Below, piece by piece: positions 61,620-64,000 of a stretch of 64,000 nucleotides of DNA (its first letter is position 1; every line of letters begins with the position of its first letter). The translations under genes and the position numbers were made by a program. The notes below the pieces were generated by a model, which did not search any database, was not told the DNA's origin, and worked only from the letters and a program-made list of their open reading frames with translations. Source of the DNA: an uncultured bacterium (lineage in GTDB: Bacteria; Babelota; Babeliae; Babelales; Vermiphilaceae); NCBI GenBank assembly GCA_963727255.1, contig CAVSFC010000002.1:192001-256000 (forward strand), in the 5' to 3' direction.

Positions 61620-63169
61620 ATGCATGCAAAAATTTTCTCGGCAACAACAATTGGTATTGATGCGCATTTAATAGAAGTAGAAGTAGATATTTCTTTTGGA
61701 TTGGTCAACTTTTTCATTGTTGGGCTTCCCGATACTGCGGTTAAAGAAAGCAGTAAACGTATTTTAACTTCATTAAAAAATAGCGGATTTCAGCTTCCTT
61801 CGAAGAAAATCACGGTAAATTTAGCCCCTGCAGATTTAAAAAAAGAAGGAACTCTTTTTGATCTTCCCATCGCAGTCGGGATCTTAACCGCTGCAGAATT
61901 TCTAACTCTTAAAAGTGACTTTTTACATGAGACATTATTTTTAGGGGAACTTTCCCTTGATGGTGGCATTCGCTTTATAAAGGGGGCTTTGGCAATCGCT
62001 TATGATGCGGTAAAATTGCAAAAAAAACGCATTATTGTACCCAAAGCAAATGCTCATGAGGCGGCATTAATTTCCGGCCTCGAGGTGATTGGGGTTTATC
62101 ATATCACCCAATTGATCGCCTATTTGCGCGGCGAATTAGCAATTGAGCCAACCGTAAATTCATTTAATCAACAAATACTAGAAGCAGAAGATAAAACACT
62201 CGATTTTGATCAAGTAAAAGGGCAATCATTTGCAAAACGAGCTTTGCAAATTGCCGCCGCAGGCAGGCATAATATTTTATTTATCGGCCCTCCGGGAGCC
62301 GGCAAAACAATGCTTGCAAAACGATTGCCTTCTATTATGCCAAGCATGAGTTTTAATGAAGTTCTTGAGACAAGCAAAATTTATTCCATCAGCGGCAAAC
62401 TTGGCAATCAACCACTTGATCTTGCAACGGCCGTTCCGTGGTCCGCATCATACTATTTCACAAGCCGGATTGGTGGGTGGTGGATCATATCCGCAACCCG
62501 GTGAGATTAGTTTAGCGCATCATGGGATATTATTTTTAGATGAATTGACTGAATTTAAACGGCACACGCTTGAAGTATTGCGCCAGCCGCTTGAAAATAA
62601 AGAGGTGCATATTTCTCGCGCGCTGCACTCAATTACTTTTCCCGCATCATTTTTACTCGTGGCAGCACTCAATCCATGCCCCTGCGGATTTCTTGGTGAT
62701 AAGAAAAGAAAATGCCATTGCAATTCGGCCCACTCATGGCACGATATTTAGAAAAATTATCTGGCCCATTGCTTGATCGCATCGATCTGCAAATCAACGT
62801 GCAATCCATAGAATATGATACAATTAAATCGAAAGCTGGCAATCTCCAAAGTTCTAAAGATCTTTTTGTCGGCGTGCAGCATGCACTCGATGCGCAATAG
62901 CAACGATTTGGAAACAACAATCAATGGAACGCACATATGAGCTCCGATCTGGTAGAAAAGCATTGTGCACTAACAGGGCAAGCAGAAGCAATCATGAAAA
63001 CAAGCATTTGAAACACTGCATTTGAGCATGCGCGGGTATCATAAGATTTTGCGTGTTGCACGCACGATTGCAGATATTGAACAGCAAGAAGATTATTGAT
63101 GTGCATCATATTCAAGAAGCAATCATGTATCGCTCGCTTGATCAAAGTTTAGAAAAACATCGGCAATGA
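61620..63169 (+). CDS. comM: ComM/YifB Mg-chelatase-like AAA+ ATPase (frameshifts and one in-frame TAG, likely errors)
   Basis: [74 protein letters not shown]. Confidence 0.92.
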
Positions 63170-63564
63170 TTTTAGGAATTGGCATAGATTCGGTAGAAAT
63201 TGAACGATTTGCTCACTGGTATGCTTATGATCGGAAGAAATTACTGCGTATTTTTTCCGAAGGAGAAATTGAATATTGCCTTTCAAGTATCCATAAAAGC
63301 GCAGAACGATTTGCAGTCCGCTATGCCGCGCGAGAAGCACTATTTAAAGCAATAAATCAAACCTTTTACGATCAACAAATTCCCTTTTTGCGTTTGTGTA
63401 AAGCAGTTGAAATTAAAAAGAAATCTTGCGGCAAACCAATACTAATAATCGAATGGGAACTAATTCATTCATCACAATTAAATAATTGCAACACATTACT
63501 ATCACTTACGCATACTAAGTATATTGCGACTGCGATGGTTATTTTAGAAAGCAATAAAATTTAG
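63166..63564 (+). CDS. acpS: Holo-[acyl-carrier-protein] synthase
   Basis: [34 protein letters not shown]. Confidence 0.93.
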   Translation: MILGIGIDSVEIERFAHWYAYDRKKLLRIFSEGEIEYCLSSIHKSAERFAVRYAAREALFKAINQTFYDQQIPFLRLCKAVEIKKKSCGKPILIIEWELIHSSQLNNCNTLLSLTHTKYIATAMVILESNKI

Positions 63565-63998
63565 AATATGCGTTTGATACCAAAAGTTACCGGAAAGCGC
63601 AATTCAGAACCGATGCCGCCAGTAATCAAATTGGTCGCGAATGTTGGGCCTGGTAATGGGGTAGCAAATACTGATGGAGCTCTGAGGCGCGGCGCGCAGG
63701 AAACCACAAACTCTCCGGTTGCCATAAATGACCATCCATCACAAAAGCAAACATCAATACCCGCATTAATACCGCCGGCAACTACCGTATTGCGATTAAA
63801 AAAATGATTATTTGCAGTGCTACTTGCGGCTGATGGCACACAAGAATTTATTCCTGCTGCAGGCACCAGTATCACTGGGGTTCCATTGACACTGAGTGCT
63901 GCGTTTACATTAAAGTGGGAAGTGAACCCAACTTTTAAACCTATGAATGGCGAAACCCAATTGCAAAAGCGATCCCAATAATACCGAATACCAACATA
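63561..63998 (-). CDS. 5'-truncated putative outer-membrane beta-barrel protein
   Basis: Frame open to the window end (YVGIRYYWDRFCNWVSPFIGFKVG...); C-terminal FPVTFGIKRIF. Confidence 0.6.
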   Translation of the reverse strand, partial: YVGIRYYWDRFCNWVSPFIGLKVGFTSHFNVNAALSVNGTPVILVPAAGINSCVPSAASSTANNHFFNRNTVVAGGINAGIDVCFCDGWSFMATGEFVVSCAPRLRAPSVFATPLPGPTFATNLITGGIGSELRFPVTFGIKRIF

Positions 63999-64000
63999 TC

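Noticed and set aside
62898..62900. In-frame TAG in comM as evidence of stop-codon recoding
   Set aside because: A single case in an error-rich gene; TAG is a normal terminator elsewhere (e.g. 697, 5232, 48293).
1801..63169. Split alaS, rho, polA, priA, ddl and comM as pseudogenes or programmed frameshifts
   Set aside because: The breaks are scattered 1-bp indels, often near homopolymers, in essential genes with intact motifs, and they cluster regionally. Uncorrected long-read error is the simpler explanation.

Overview
AT-rich bacterial chromosome segment, most consistent with an intracellular protist parasite of Candidatus Dependentiae (TM6/Babelota). That placement is inferred from the many signal-peptide-bearing ankyrin, WD40 and F-box-like proteins; no database search was run. 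Housekeeping genes: HIT hydrolase, alaS, pth, skp, a P-type ATPase, ssrA and smpB, tsaD, rho, secF, rpmA, polA, priA, orn, a tandem-domain ddl, a Fe/Mn SOD, gspF-G-H-I-J-K, comM/yifB and acpS. Several essential genes are broken by 1-bp indels, best explained as uncorrected long-read errors. Most interesting: (1) a tandem array beside the tmRNA 3' end (10168-15804) of four secreted proteins sharing an unrecognised ~80-aa N-terminal domain with swapped C-terminal cargo, a ~420-nt apparent gene-conversion tract, and a G-quadruplex-like tract upstream; (2) three signal-peptide-bearing, Cys-rich, phage-tail-fibre-like proteins (33344-40439); (3) a modular, sometimes nested family of short palindromic elements, one inserted in frame in the cleavable leader of pseudopilin GspI between 5-bp direct repeats; (4) a recurrent 'signal peptide then Met-Glu/Gln/Asp' signature in putative effectors; (5) a HEPN/MNT toxin-antitoxin pair coupled to polA, whose toxin is missing from the ORF track. 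No CRISPR array, integrase, transposase, rRNA or tRNA was seen.
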